Shown here piece after piece: positions 21,583 through 33,390 of a DNA stretch of 64,000 nucleotides. The stretch comes from Chloropicon primus (Eukaryota). Each line of letters opens with the position of its first letter. The first letter of the stretch is position 1. The stretch lies in NCBI GenBank assembly GCA_023205875.1, contig CP060764.1, positions 62,001 through 126,000 of the forward strand, written 5' to 3'. The notes beneath the pieces are model-generated. The model did not search any database and was not told the DNA's origin. It saw nothing but the letters and a program-made list of their open reading frames with translations. The position numbers were made by a program, and so were the translations under genes.

Positions 21583-23367
21583 ATGCCGAGCGCCATGGTG
21601 GTCGAGGCGAGAGGCGGCACCTCGTGGAAGGAGACCAAGGGGTCGTCCTCGTCGTCGACGACGACGACTGGAAAGTTCAAGCACCTTCTGGAACCTATCC
21701 GGAGTTTGGCGGACAACTGGTCGATCGACATCGCGAACGAGTTGGAGACATACTTGGAGGAGCTCGAGGAGTTGTGCCTCGTGGACCCGACGCAATCGGG
21801 AAGAGTCTCGCAGGACGGAGGGGGGGAGGAGGAGGAGGGCGAGAAGGCGTTCAGCTTCGCCAAAGCGGCGCTCCTCGTGCAGGGCTCGACGTACGTGTAC
21901 TCGAAGAAGGTGGAGTACCTCTACTCCCTTGTCCTGGACTGCATTGAGAATATCATGTGCACGGGGAAGAGGAGGACTCTGAAGGACAGGGTGCCTGCGG
22001 ATGCGGCGGAGGACGAGGACTTGTTTCTGCTGGAGGGCCACGAGGAGGCTTACCTGAACCTGGATGATCACATCACTGGGGTCACCGGGGCCTCGGGGCC
22101 GCCGGGGGAGGAGGGCCAGGGCAACGGCCTCGACCTGAGCTTGGACGGGGACGAGGACGTCTTCGTGCAGGAGAGGCCCCCGCAGGATCACGCCGCGATG
22201 CTGGCGCTCCAGACGAATGCGACTGGAAAAGAGAAACAGGGCGCGTTCAACCTCTCCTCTTTCACCGTTCACTCCTCGGGCGCGTTGCTGCTGGAGGGCA
22301 ACGACTACGGGGCCTCCCTGGACGAGAACCTGCAGCCGATCGAGAACGAGGCGGCGGACTTGGACCTCCAGCTGCCGCCCGTCAGCGACGGCTTCGCGGG
22401 GATGGAGGACGAGGACGACGGCGGGTTCGTCGACGCTCCCGACTTTGCCGGGGAGATGATGGAGATGGGGGCCACGCCACCGCCGATGGCCGCTTCGACC
22501 AGGGCCGTCGCGGTCGAGGAGGAGGAGGAGGAGGAAGAGGAGGACCCGTTCCTTCCCCTGGACCCGACGCAGCCGGGCAAGTGGAAGGCCAGGCCCTTCA
22601 AGAGGAGGGGCCGCCTCCAGCTCCGGTTGGAGGAGGAGGAGGAGGAGGTAGGGGGGGACGACCAAATCGAGATGATGGTGGAGGACTGGTGGAGCGTCCG
22701 CCCCGTGCTGGACGACCTGAAGAAGGCGGCCGCGGCCAAGCTCGGACGAAGGGCCAAGGCCCCGCGGGAGGAGGCCAACGTCCTGGACGACGCGGTCGAC
22801 GGTGCGCCGGCGGCGGATTTCTTCCAGGAGATCGATTTTGACGTGGACGTGGACGTCGCTCCGCCCGACCACGACTTGGTGGAGGACCACGAGCCGGCCG
22901 ACGAGCCGGCCGCGGGGATGCAGGCGGAGTCTTACGAGGACCTCTGCAAGCGCCACGTGGAGAGGCTCCTGTCCGCGGCGTCCACCCACGCCAAGCAGAC
23001 GGACCTCTCCCAGCGCGTCGCGACCTGGAAGAAGAAGGTCGCGTCCGAGCTGCACAAGTGCGAGAAGAGAGAGGCGTTCGACCTGGCTCAGGTGGCGGAG
23101 GTCCTGAAGAAGGACGAGGGCCTCTCCTCCTCGAGCATCACCGAGTGCCTGGAGAAGGGCGAGTGCCTGCAGGCCGAGGAAACCTTCGAGGTCGCGAGGA
23201 AGTTCCTCGTTCTGCTCATGCTCAAGTCCGACACGGTGTCCCTGGTGACCCCCCTCTCCGGGAAGGAGAACGTTGGTTCTTCCGCCCCGCCGGCAGCCAA
23301 GTCCAAACCAAGGGGGCAGGCGGCGGAGCCGCAGCAACCCCTTGTATCCCAGAACATCAACATGTAA
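21583..23367 (+). CDS. NCAPH2: Condensin II kleisin subunit CAP-H2
   Basis: KFKHLLEPIRSLADNWSIDIANELETYL, FAKAALLVQGSTYVYSKKVEYLYSLV, SYEDLCKRHV, EVARKFLVLLML. Confidence 0.92.
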   Translation: MPSAMVVEARGGTSWKETKGSSSSSTTTTGKFKHLLEPIRSLADNWSIDIANELETYLEELEELCLVDPTQSGRVSQDGGGEEEEGEKAFSFAKAALLVQGSTYVYSKKVEYLYSLVLDCIENIMCTGKRRTLKDRVPADAAEDEDLFLLEGHEEAYLNLDDHITGVTGASGPPGEEGQGNGLDLSLDGDEDVFVQERPPQDHAAMLALQTNATGKEKQGAFNLSSFTVHSSGALLLEGNDYGASLDENLQPIENEAADLDLQLPPVSDGFAGMEDEDDGGFVDAPDFAGEMMEMGATPPPMAASTRAVAVEEEEEEEEEDPFLPLDPTQPGKWKARPFKRRGRLQLRLEEEEEEVGGDDQIEMMVEDWWSVRPVLDDLKKAAAAKLGRRAKAPREEANVLDDAVDGAPAADFFQEIDFDVDVDVAPPDHDLVEDHEPADEPAAGMQAESYEDLCKRHVERLLSAASTHAKQTDLSQRVATWKKKVASELHKCEKREAFDLAQVAEVLKKDEGLSSSSITECLEKGECLQAEETFEVARKFLVLLMLKSDTVSLVTPLSGKENVGSSAPPAAKSKPRGQAAEPQQPLVSQNINM

Positions 23368-23654
23368 GACACTCATCCATCCACCCATCCAACCCATCCA
23401 TTGTAAAACAACAAAGTGAAAACTTCTCATCATTGTGCGTCCTCGTCGTAGAGACCCAAAGCCACCGCCTTGCCCCGTGTCCGTCGAGGGGGGAGTGCAT
23501 TCCTTCCGTCATCCACGCCGAGCCGGGTCAACAAGGGACCAGCATACACACAATAATATCCATCATCCCTCAAGTCCAAGTGTGCGAGGACGAGAGGAAG
23601 GATGAGGGGAAGGCACAATGCAATGCATCTCCCCCTCCCAGCTCCTCTTGCTCC

Positions 23655-23888
23655 CAGCATCCACCCCTCCTATCCTGATTATTGATGGCCTTTCCCCTTC
23701 CTCATCATCATTCTCCTCAAGCGAGGTCTCTCCGAAAAAGAGGAAGGGGAACGAGAGAACACACCGTGGTGCCATCTTCGTCTACCCCCTCCCACCACCC
23801 CCTGCCTCCATCCTCACCCTGATTGATGGCCTTCCACCATCACCTTCGCTTCCCCCTCATTCTCATTCTCATCAATGTAGCTCTTTGG

Positions 23889-23931
<43 letters not shown>

Positions 23932-24040
23932 ATGACCAGGAGCAAGAGACATATCCAATAGATCAATCATGATCCTCTCCCTCCTCCTTCATCCCCCTCC
24001 ACCACCATCACCTTCACTTCCTCCTCATTCATTCTCGATC
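23655..24040. repeat. Degenerate pyrimidine-rich local duplications
   Basis: A 29-mer at 23834-23862 recurs at 24002-24030 (2 mismatches); ATTGATGGCCTT occurs at 23681 and 23822. Confidence 0.6.
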
Positions 24041-24359
24041 ATCCAGGATCTCCATCTCCATCGAGGAAGGAGAGCCACAAGCTTTCCTCAAGGTTTATCC
24101 TAAACGCGAAAAGCGGCGGGGGGTGAACCACGAACGACGAGAGGTGAGCCTTGGGAGCCCAAGGGACGGAAGCGGAGGGGGAAGGGGCCGAAGCGAGCCA
24201 AGGGAAACAGACCGACGTCTCCCGAGCTTTCGAACGACCCGTCACTCGAAAGGTTCGGCACCGGGAAAGGCATTGACAAGACGTTTTGCCTTTGCTTTTT
24301 TTTTTCTTTTTTTTTTCCTCATCCCTCAGAGTGTTTGACGCGCGCGCGCGCGAGAGAGG

Positions 24360-26693
24360 ATGAAGGTGAAGTGCGGAGCGAGGGTTGGCGTGACGCCAGT
24401 GGCGAGGAGGCCAGGCGCCGCGACGAGGACGGGAAGAGGTCTCGCTGCGGTGGGGTCCAGTGGTGTGGTGAAGAACGCGAGCGCGAGCGCTGGCCAGGCC
24501 TTGGCGAACGCGAGCATGAACGCGAAGAAGGTGTCGGGTCCTTCCCTCAGCGTCGGGAGGAAGCAGTCGTCCCGCGCCCTCCGCGTCGTGACGACAGCGG
24601 CGAGGACCACTCCCATCGAGAAGTACAGGAACATCGGAATCATGGCTCATATTGACGCTGGCAAGACGACGACGACCGAGCGTATCTTGTACTACACCGG
24701 CAAGAGTTACAAGATCGGAGAGGTTCACGAGGGCGCGGCGACGATGGATTGGATGGAGCAGGAGCAGGAGAGAGGCATCACGATCACGAGTGCGGCTACG
24801 ACTTGCTTTTGGGACGACCACAGGATCAACATCATCGACACTCCCGGTCACGTCGACTTCACCCTGGAGGTGGAGAGAGCTCTCCGTGTCCTCGACGGCA
24901 GCGTCGCGTTGTTTGACTCCGTTTCCGGGGTCGAGCCGCAGAGTGAGACCGTGTGGAGGCAGGCGGACAAGTACGGAGTTCCAAGGCTTTGCTTCGTGAA
25001 CAAGATGGACCGTATGGGTGCCGACTTCTTCAACGTGGTGAGCATGATCACCGAGAACTTGGGAGCGAACCCGCTGCCTATTCAGATACCCATTGGTGCC
25101 GAGGAGGACTTCCAGGGCGTCGTGGACTTGGTCAAGATGAAGGCTATCGTGTGGACCGGCGAGGAGATGGGAGCCGCCTTCGAGGAGAGGGACATCCCTG
25201 ACGATCTCAAGGACCAGGCGGAGGAGTACAGGATGGCTTTGGTCGAGGCCTGCGTCGAGCTCGACGAGGCGGCCATGGAGAAGTTCTTCGAGGGCGAGGA
25301 GCCAACGTACGAGGAGCTCCAGGGCCTTGTGAGGAAGGGAACCCTCGGAGGAAACTTTGTCCCCGTCCTCTGCGGAACCGCTTTCAAGAACAAGGGCGTT
25401 CAGCCGTTGCTCGACGCTGTGATCTCCTACTTGCCAGCCCCAACTGATTTGCCTGACATGAAGGGGACTGCTGTGAAGAACGACGAGGAGGAGATGACCA
25501 GGAAGCCCTCGGACGACGAGCCCTTCAGTGCTTTGGCCTTCAAGGTCATGGCGGACCCTTTCGTGGGTAGTCTCACCTTTGCCAGAATCTACTCTGGCAA
25601 GCTCAAGAGCGGGACCTACGCCATGAACACCGGAAAGGGAAAGAAGGAGAGGATCGGGAGACTCCTTGAGATGCACGCCAACAGCAGGGAGGACGTCGAC
25701 GAGGCTTGCGCGGGTGACATCATCGCCATTGCTGGTCTCAAGGACACCACGACCGGAGAGACGCTCTGTGACGCGGACTCCCCCATCATCCTGGAGAAGA
25801 TGGACTTCCCTGACCCAGTCATCAAGATCGCCATCGAGCCAAAGACCAAGGGAGACTTGGAAAAGATGTCTGACGGTCTCATCAAGCTCGCGCAGGAGGA
25901 CCCATCCTTCAGGTTCTCGAGAGATGAGGAATCCAACCAGACTGTCATCGAGGGGATGGGAGAGCTGCACTTGGAGATCCTTGTCGATAGGCTGAAGAGG
26001 GAGTTCAACGTGGAGGCCAACGTTGGAGCCCCACAGGTTAACTACAGGGAGTCCATCAGCAAGGAGAGCCAGGTGAGGTATGTCCACAAGAAGCAGAGCG
26101 GAGGAAGTGGTCAGTTCGCCGACGTTGCGATCAAGTTCGAGCCCCTTGAGTCCGGAAGCGGATTCCAGTTCGAGGAGGAGATCAAGGGAGGCGTGGTGCC
26201 CAAGGAGTACATCCCTGGCGTCAAGAAGGGCCTGGAGGAGATGATGGCGAGCGGAATTCTCGCGGGATTCCCTGTCGTCGACGTGAAGGCAACCCTCTAC
26301 GACGGATCCTTCCACGACGTCGATTCCTCGGTGCTGGCTTTCCAGATTGCTGCCAGGCAGGCCTTCAAGGACGGAATGAAGAAGAGCGGCCCTCAGCTCT
26401 TGGAGCCGATCATGGAGGTCGAGGTGATCTGCCCCGAGGACAACATGGGAGACGTGATCGGAGACCTGAATAGCAGAAGGGGCATGATCGGAAACTTGGG
26501 GGACAAGCCGGGTGGACTCAAGACTGTCAAGGCCGACGTCCCCCTTTCGGAAATGTTCCAGTTCGTCTCCAGATTGAGAGGAATGACGAAGGGACGTGGA
26601 AACTACTCGATGACTCTCACCAAGTACGACGTTGTGCCCCAGCACATCGTGGAGACTGTCGCCGCAGAGAAGGGATCCGCTGTGGCCGCTTAA
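24360..26693 (+). CDS. fusA: Plastid elongation factor G
   Basis: Transit peptide, [41 protein letters not shown] at 26716. Confidence 0.98.
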   Translation: MKVKCGARVGVTPVARRPGAATRTGRGLAAVGSSGVVKNASASAGQALANASMNAKKVSGPSLSVGRKQSSRALRVVTTAARTTPIEKYRNIGIMAHIDAGKTTTTERILYYTGKSYKIGEVHEGAATMDWMEQEQERGITITSAATTCFWDDHRINIIDTPGHVDFTLEVERALRVLDGSVALFDSVSGVEPQSETVWRQADKYGVPRLCFVNKMDRMGADFFNVVSMITENLGANPLPIQIPIGAEEDFQGVVDLVKMKAIVWTGEEMGAAFEERDIPDDLKDQAEEYRMALVEACVELDEAAMEKFFEGEEPTYEELQGLVRKGTLGGNFVPVLCGTAFKNKGVQPLLDAVISYLPAPTDLPDMKGTAVKNDEEEMTRKPSDDEPFSALAFKVMADPFVGSLTFARIYSGKLKSGTYAMNTGKGKKERIGRLLEMHANSREDVDEACAGDIIAIAGLKDTTTGETLCDADSPIILEKMDFPDPVIKIAIEPKTKGDLEKMSDGLIKLAQEDPSFRFSRDEESNQTVIEGMGELHLEILVDRLKREFNVEANVGAPQVNYRESISKESQVRYVHKKQSGGSGQFADVAIKFEPLESGSGFQFEEEIKGGVVPKEYIPGVKKGLEEMMASGILAGFPVVDVKATLYDGSFHDVDSSVLAFQIAARQAFKDGMKKSGPQLLEPIMEVEVICPEDNMGDVIGDLNSRRGMIGNLGDKPGGLKTVKADVPLSEMFQFVSRLRGMTKGRGNYSMTLTKYDVVPQHIVETVAAEKGSAVAA

Positions 26694-26810
26694 GCATCGA
26701 CTTTGCCCACCACCTTGTAACGCAATCTTTCTACTCTTTTTTTTTTTCTGTGAAACCGTCGAACAGTACGCGGACCAAAGTATTTTACATTGCGCTTGGG
26801 CCCTTCGCTC

Positions 26811-27882
26811 TTAGGACGCCTCTAGCTTGTATATCGACAGGACCTCCTTCCCCTTTTCCACGTCACCGACGTATGCTATGGCTGGCCTCGTCGGGCTCCA
26901 TGCCAGGTGCTGCAGGGGGCTCTTCGTCACCTCCTCGTGGACCAGCGCCCCAGTGGCCACCTCCACGAACGACAGAACACAATCCTCGCTCGTGTACGCC
27001 AAGTACTTTCCACAGTGGTCGAATCCCAAGGACTTCACAGGGGAGTCCAGCTTGGCGAAGGAGTTCAAGCAGCAAAAGCTCTCCGCATCCCACAAGCTCA
27101 CAAGGGCATCCGTCCCACCGGTGGCAAAGTGTTGCCCCGTGGAGTCCACCGCGATACAGCACGCGCTGCTCATATGTGCCTTGAGCTGATTGATTGGCGT
27201 CCCAAGCTCAGGATAACTCATCACTTCCACGATCCCCGTCCCCGTCGTCACCAGAAACATTTCACCAGTCTTATCCCAGGTCATCTCGTTCACCGCCTTC
27301 CCCCGGTTCAGCTTGTCCACCACCTTGAAGGTCTGCACACAAAAGTTTGTTCGAGATGATTGTTTTGGATCCAACACCCGGTCCAGGACGAGACGAAAAA
27401 GAAGCGGCGTTTGTTAGGCCAAGAAGCAGGAGGTCGCATCGCGCCACACTCACCTTAACGTCGATGAAAGAGATGACGTCCTTGTCGTTGCTCACCGCCA
27501 TGGCAGAGGAGTCAGGCCGCCAAGCCACGTTCCTATTCTTCCCAGAGATCGTGAGGTTGTGGACGGCCGCTCTGCTCCTGACGTCCCACAACCTGACTGA
27601 TGCATCACCCGACACCGTGCAGAGCATGTTGGCATTGTTCGGGTCCCAACACAAGTGTTCCACACCTTGCTTATGTCCCTTGAGTGTGCTCTCTCTCTGA
27701 CAATGGGTTTCTGTGGTTCTCCAGATGATGGCGGTGCCACCGGAAGCGTCCGCGCCTCCGGTGGCGACTCGGGTGCCGAGCTTGTCCCATCCCACGGTAA
27801 GCGTCTTCGATTGGGTTCCCTGGTACGTCCGAGGCCTGGACCGGAACGGACCGCCACAAGGAGAAGCACAAGCCTCCACCAT
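26811..27882 (-). CDS. THOC3: WD40 protein, THO complex subunit 3 (TEX1); 2 exons
   Basis: Exons 27882-27454 and 27332-26811; intron 27333-27453 (GTGAGT..CAG, phase 0). WD repeats including HMSSACCIAVDSTGQHFATGGTDALVSLWD. Confidence 0.85.
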
Positions 27883-28093
27883 GTTGGAGGCTCTTTGCCA
27901 CGACGGGGAGGGATACTGACTGATGAAGGAGAGGGGAGGAGGGGAGAGAAAGGGAGTGTGTGTGGTGCCCGAAAACGTTTTTATTTGTGTAAGGAATGCT
28001 TTTAGTAAAAGTTTTTTTTTCTTCTTTATGATATACGATTTTGGTCTTTCCCCTCTGTTGAAAAAAAAGGAACCAGTTCTGTCGCCAACCCCT

Positions 28094-29515
28094 CTAGAAG
28101 AGACCACCTCCGCTCTCCATTCTTTCCCTCTCATACTTCTCAAAGTAGTCGTAGATAGTCGTGACGGCCAGAAGGATACCGGTACCGCTTCCGATGGCAC
28201 CCAAAAAGTCAGCAAAGGCCGTGAGGAAACCAATGCAAAGGCCTCCAAAAGCAGCGGCGGTTGGGATGTACCTATCGAGTTCCTTCTTCAAGGAGCTCTC
28301 TCTGTGACCCTGGATGAAGTACTGCTGCTCCTTGAGCTGCCTGGCGACGTCCCTCGAGCTCGATCCCGAGATCTCGATCCAGGTCTTGGAGAACAAGGCG
28401 CAGACCGAGAGCATGAAGGTCAGGTAGAACAGGGCGTGCAGCGGGTTCTCAAACACGTCGCTCAAGTCCCTTGGGGCAGAGATGTAGTAGGCCAAACCTC
28501 CAACTGGTTCCTTGTGGCCGCCGAACTGGGACTCCTCCCACCTTCCAAGGAGCCTCACCAAGAAGTTGCCGCTGAACCTCTTGTAGAGCAACTGGGAAAG
28601 GAAGTAAATGTTGGAAACCAAAGCGGACTGCAAGATGATGGGCATGTTCGAGGTGTAGAACAGCTTGATTGGGTAGTTCCCGCTGTAGCCACGCATGACC
28701 TTGGACTTGATGGGGAGGTCGATCCTGAATCCCTGGAAGTAGATGACCACCATGAAGACCACGATGGTCGCCATCAGGTTCAAGCAGTTGGGCAAGCTGG
28801 CCCTGTAGAAAGCCTCCTTGATGCCCTTGACCTTGTCCTTCCTGGTGAGGGTCAAGTGGAAGAGGGACACCAAAGCGCCCTCGAACTCGGCTCCTCTTCC
28901 CCTGTTGATGGTCTGAGGAGAGAAGGCCTTCCACACGATGCTCTCGCAAATGTTGGTGGCGATGAACAGGGACGTTCCGGATCCGAAGCCGTAGCCCTTA
29001 CCGAGCAAGTCGTCGAGCAAGGAGACGATCACGGTCGCGGAGAAGAGCTGCGCGACGATCAAAAGCGCCCGGACGAGTCCCATCTCGGCGACTGGTCCGT
29101 ACATCCCGCTGAAGACGTAGGCGGTGGCCTGGCCGATGGTGATGAGGTAACCCACAAACTTGTTGGCGTGCTCAAAGAGCTCTCTGTCCTCCTGGACGCT
29201 AGGGTCGTAGTCCATCAGCTTCGAGCCCGAGAGAAGCTGCATGACGAGGCCAGACGTCACAATGGGCCCGATACCGAGCTCCATGCACGTTCCCCTGTTC
29301 GAAGCCATAATGACACGCTGCCAGTAGAATGGATCCGATCCCGCGGTCGAGTAAATGCCGTACAGTGGCAGCTGCGAGCACACGAGGAACACGAACAGGG
29401 CCACTGCGGTGTACAGCAACTTCTCCCTGAAGGGCACCCTCCTCTTGGGTTCCTCCACCTCGGGCAACATGCCCACGAAAGGCTTCACGAGGTCCAATGC
29501 CCTGAAGCCGCTCAT
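28094..29515 (-). CDS. SEC61A: Protein translocon Sec61 alpha subunit
   Basis: [77 protein letters not shown]. Confidence 0.98.
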   Translation of the reverse strand: MSGFRALDLVKPFVGMLPEVEEPKRRVPFREKLLYTAVALFVFLVCSQLPLYGIYSTAGSDPFYWQRVIMASNRGTCMELGIGPIVTSGLVMQLLSGSKLMDYDPSVQEDRELFEHANKFVGYLITIGQATAYVFSGMYGPVAEMGLVRALLIVAQLFSATVIVSLLDDLLGKGYGFGSGTSLFIATNICESIVWKAFSPQTINRGRGAEFEGALVSLFHLTLTRKDKVKGIKEAFYRASLPNCLNLMATIVVFMVVIYFQGFRIDLPIKSKVMRGYSGNYPIKLFYTSNMPIILQSALVSNIYFLSQLLYKRFSGNFLVRLLGRWEESQFGGHKEPVGGLAYYISAPRDLSDVFENPLHALFYLTFMLSVCALFSKTWIEISGSSSRDVARQLKEQQYFIQGHRESSLKKELDRYIPTAAAFGGLCIGFLTAFADFLGAIGSGTGILLAVTTIYDYFEKYERERMESGGGLF

Positions 29516-30278
29516 GACGAACGCACGATGTGATGCCCAAACCTTTTCAATCCGCCACAACAACAACTGCAAACCAAACCAAACCAAACCAAACCCAAAT
29601 CACCAACCAACAGATCACGACGACGAGCTTCCGTTTAGTCTCGCATTCCTCAACCGAGGGCTCGAACGAAAGAGGGCGAGGAGACGAGTCGATCGGCGTA
29701 GCTCTCGTAATCAGCTTCCGCCCTCCTAGGCCGCGGCCGGCCTCGGAACTTACCTGGTGTGTCGTCCACGATGATCCAACTGTGCTCGTCGTCGAGGAAG
29801 GAAAACCAAAATCAATTCAGTGGTCCGAAATCCATTAAAAAAGGGGCAAAATCTTCGAGTGAGGGGTCTTTCAAAAGAGCGCGACGAGACGCTTCGATCG
29901 TTGCTACGCGTTTCTGCGTCCCCTCCCGCCTTCCCTCCCCAGTTCCGTCGCAAACTCACCTGGGTTTTTGTCGATCGATCGAAAAAAGCTCGGTCGGTCC
30001 CCGTTCTCCCCGATTGACGGCGAGGGCGGGGAGCAAAGGGTTTTGTACACGAGGAGAGTAAAACGTGTAAACTTTCGAGTTCAAACCGAAAAAATATCTT
30101 CGTACTACAAATCCCATCTTGGTAGGGGGAGCGCGAAGCAAGTGTACCATTCCATACCATTTTTCTATAACGTTACTTCTCCATAGGATTTGACATCCGA
30201 ATTCGAAGAGCAAGGACATCGGACTTTCGAATAAGAATATCTTTCCATAGGATGATGGATGGATGGATGCGTTACGTT

Positions 30279-30324
30279 CACGTCACGTCACGTCACGTCA
30301 CGTCACGTTACGTTACGTTACGTT
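30279..30324. repeat. (CACGT)n/(TACGT)n pentamer microsatellite
   Basis: Direct reading, in the BBS8 3' / Sec61 upstream interval. Confidence 0.85.
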
Positions 30325-30373
30325 TGGTCCCCTCTCCTTTCCACTCACGTCGCACGTCCTCACGTGTCATGTG

Positions 30374-32027
30374 TCACAGGAGGGAAAGGATCTTGTCCAG
30401 CTGCTGCAAGAGGTCCTTGGAGTCCTCGTGCTCCGGGAAGGCTTCCAGGGAGTTGTTGGCCATCTCCACGCTCTCCTCGTAGTCCCCGGCATCAAACGCG
30501 ATGAGGGCGGAGTTGTACTTGGGCTCGTGGAGGTGGGGGGCGATGCGCTCGGCGACCTGGAAGTTCGACCTGGCCTGCTCGAAGCTCCCCCTCTTGAGCT
30601 CGAGAACCCCGAGGTTGTTGTACGACTCGGCGTGGTTCGCGTCCACGGAGACTGCGATCTTGAAGGCCTGGTACGCCAGGCCGATGTCCCCGATCGCGAT
30701 GGCAATGTGGCCCACGTTGTACCAGACGTCCGCCATGCCCTCGTCCACGGCGAGGGCGAGGGCCTTCTCGAAGCAGTGGATCGTCATGTCGTACTGGGAC
30801 GAGTAGAAGCAGCACAGGGCGACGTTGTTCCATATCTCGGCGTTGTTGACGCCCATCTGGAGCAGCCTTCGGTAGTAGCGCAGAGCGATCTCCGGCTGGT
30901 CGTTGTAAAAGTGGTCGTTGGCGAGGCAAGCCAGGGCCTCCACGTTCGAGGGCTCCAGCTGGACCACCTGCTTGTACAGCGTGAGGGCCTCCTCGATGTT
31001 GTTGACCGAGTCGTGGCACCTCGACATGCCCAGGATGAGGGAGATGCTGTGCTTGTGCTTCTCCAGGCTCTTCTCGAAGGCTTCCAGAGCCTTGAGGGGC
31101 TGGTCCATCTTCATGTACACCTTGCAGAGGTCCAAAGTCGCGAGAACGGTGCAGCAGTTCTTTTGGGAGCTCAAGAACTGCTTCTCGGCGTCCCGAAACA
31201 TGCCCAGCTGATAGTAGCACTTCCCCAAGCGCTCCTTCCACCACCAGTCCCTGTAGTCGGTCAGCTTCGTGGAGTGGGAGCACAGCTCCAACGCCCTCTT
31301 GGGGTTGTGGTCCACGTACAGCATGTAGTCGCCCAAAGCACGGGCGAGGCCAGGCTTCTTGGCGTACTTTCTGATATCGATCTTGTCCGAGTCTATGAAG
31401 GAGTCCCCGCAGTGCTCCAGCATAGAAGCCGTCCCGAGACGAACGTACCGCCCGCTCCCCGTCACAGGCCTCGCCGTCATCATTCTCCTGCCGCCAGCCG
31501 TCCCCAGGGCCCTCTCCAGGCTCGTCCCCTGCCTCAGTGCCGACGAAGTTGGCCTCGCAAAACCGCTCACCGGTCTCCCCGTGCTGCTCACTGGCCTTCC
31601 CGTCCGAGTCCGGAGCTGTCCCGCGGCCGTGCTCATCCCCGTCGCCGGTCTGTTCATGGACGTGCCCGGCCGAGGCATCTGCGCAATCGCGTTCTCGTCC
31701 AGGAGCTGGTCACCAAGCGTGTCGTCGTCCAACTCAATATCGTCAAGCCAGTCTATCGCCGTCAAAGCTCGGCACTTCAAGTACCAGAAAGACTCGTCAT
31801 AGGGGTTCCTGCCACAAGCCATGGTCCAAAAGTCAGTTCTGCTTCGCAAGACGCCGCCTTTGGCCTCGATACACTCAGTCAAGGCCAAGGACACCTCAGG
31901 CCCCCTCGTCTCTTGTTGTTGTTTGGGTTGGCCCTCCTTACCTGTGCAAGTTCTCCGTGCATATCTCCACGCACTCTTGGTACTTCCTTCGCCTGTACTT
32001 GCTTTGGGCGAGCCAAAGAGGATCCAT
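30374..32027 (-). CDS. BBS8: BBSome subunit BBS8/TTC8; 2 exons
   Basis: Exon 1 32027-31942 (MDPLWLAQSKYRRRKYQECVEIC), intron 31809-31941 (phase 2), exon 2 31808-30374. Motifs RPGTS, RPVSGFARP, GRYVRLGTASM, DWWWK and TPR repeats. Confidence 0.95.
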
Positions 32028-32530
32028 GCCGCCCACCCTCACCCTCACCCTCACCCTCACCCCTCTCTCCTCTTCTCTTCCCTTGGAACACCGGACCAAC
32101 AGAAAAAGCACAGACCTTGTGTTAGTTCACCTGCTCTCGCAACCTCCCCTTCTTGGTATCCTTCTCAACCGAGTGGTCCATCGAAAGAGGAAGAGGTCCT
32201 CTTTCCAAAGATCCCATCTTTTCCTATCCCCTCCCCCCCCTGCCCCTTCTCCCTCCTCCCTTTCCTTCCAGACTCACCCCCTCCTCCTCCTCCTCCGCCT
32301 CCGTGCTTCCACCGTTTGAATCCAGAGACGAGCCGAGCGGCAGGCAGCAGAGCGGCGAGGAGGGCGGCGACGACGACGGCGAGGACGGCGACGAGGAGGG
32401 CGGAGGGACGCCGTGACCATCGCATCATTCCTCTCTCTCTCCGTTGGAAGGAGTTCTGTCCACGGAAGACCCACCAACGGAGAAGGGAGAGAGAGAGAGG
32501 GAGGCGATGAGGATGGATGGATGAGGATGG

Positions 32531-33370
32531 ATGGAGGGTGTAGAGCAGAGGATGGAGGGGAGGAGAGAGGTTGTGGTGACGGAGGAGGAGTGGCCGAATG
32601 CAGCGGTCGCTTTCGCAAGGGCATGGTCAGTCTTGCTTGGGAAGGGGGGAGGAATGGCGGGAGGGAGAGGGGGTTCGGCACTATTGAAGTCAGCAGGGAG
32701 GTGGGAGGTGAGGGGTTCCAGAACGCTTGGTGGAGAGGTCCAGTACCTTTGTCTTGAGAGGGTGGCCGTTGCAGTGGGCGAGGACTCGAGGGGTGAGGGG
32801 ATTGGGGAGGGATCCACGGGTGTTGAGCTTTGGGAGGTGGAAGAAAGTGACGACGACGAGGAGGCGCTTGCTGGTCCCACCACCCTCCAACCACCGGCAA
32901 GCCGCGACTCTGGAACAGGTGTCGTGCACCTGTACGACTTTCACGTGGTGCACAACCCGAGCTACCAAGTTCCAGAGGTGTTCTTCTTCGGGAGGTGTGG
33001 AAGGGACGGGCGGGTCCTCAATTTTGAGGAGGTTGCTCGGGACTTTTCCCTGCACGCTCCGTACTCGCAGGAAGACCTCTCCTCGGTGTTTGTGCCGAAA
33101 GAGCACCCCCTCCTCCTCCTTCCTTGGTACGGAACCCACCTTTGCGAGACACCGGGCCTCCTCAGAGCGATGCTCGCGCCCAGGGAGGGTGGCTGCGGGC
33201 TCCACCTTGAGCCTGAACTGAGGTACATGGTCTCGTGGTGGAGCGCGATCGGGAAGCATTTCGGGCTGGGGCTGCCCCTGGAGCTGGTCAAGGACTCCTT
33301 GGCGAGCCAGCAGGATGTGGTGCGGGAAAAATCCGTTACGAGAGCGGAGCGTGCTGATATAAATCCTTAA
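32531..33370 (+). CDS. ATG10: Autophagy E2-like enzyme ATG10
   Basis: YDFHVVHNPSYQVPEVFF and EHPLLLLPWYGTHLCET (catalytic Cys retained); TGTAA at 33371. Confidence 0.85.
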   Translation: MEGVEQRMEGRREVVVTEEEWPNAAVAFARAWSVLLGKGGGMAGGRGGSALLKSAGRWEVRGSRTLGGEVQYLCLERVAVAVGEDSRGEGIGEGSTGVELWEVEESDDDEEALAGPTTLQPPASRDSGTGVVHLYDFHVVHNPSYQVPEVFFFGRCGRDGRVLNFEEVARDFSLHAPYSQEDLSSVFVPKEHPLLLLPWYGTHLCETPGLLRAMLAPREGGCGLHLEPELRYMVSWWSAIGKHFGLGLPLELVKDSLASQQDVVREKSVTRAERADINP

Positions 33371-33390
33371 TGTAATACAATTTTCACTCT

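Noticed and set aside
24039..26645. Long antisense ORFs (868 aa here; also 27923-29533, 30263-32125, 52565-54598, 21214-23433)
   Set aside because: They are shadows of GC3-biased real genes on the other strand and have no recognisable motifs.
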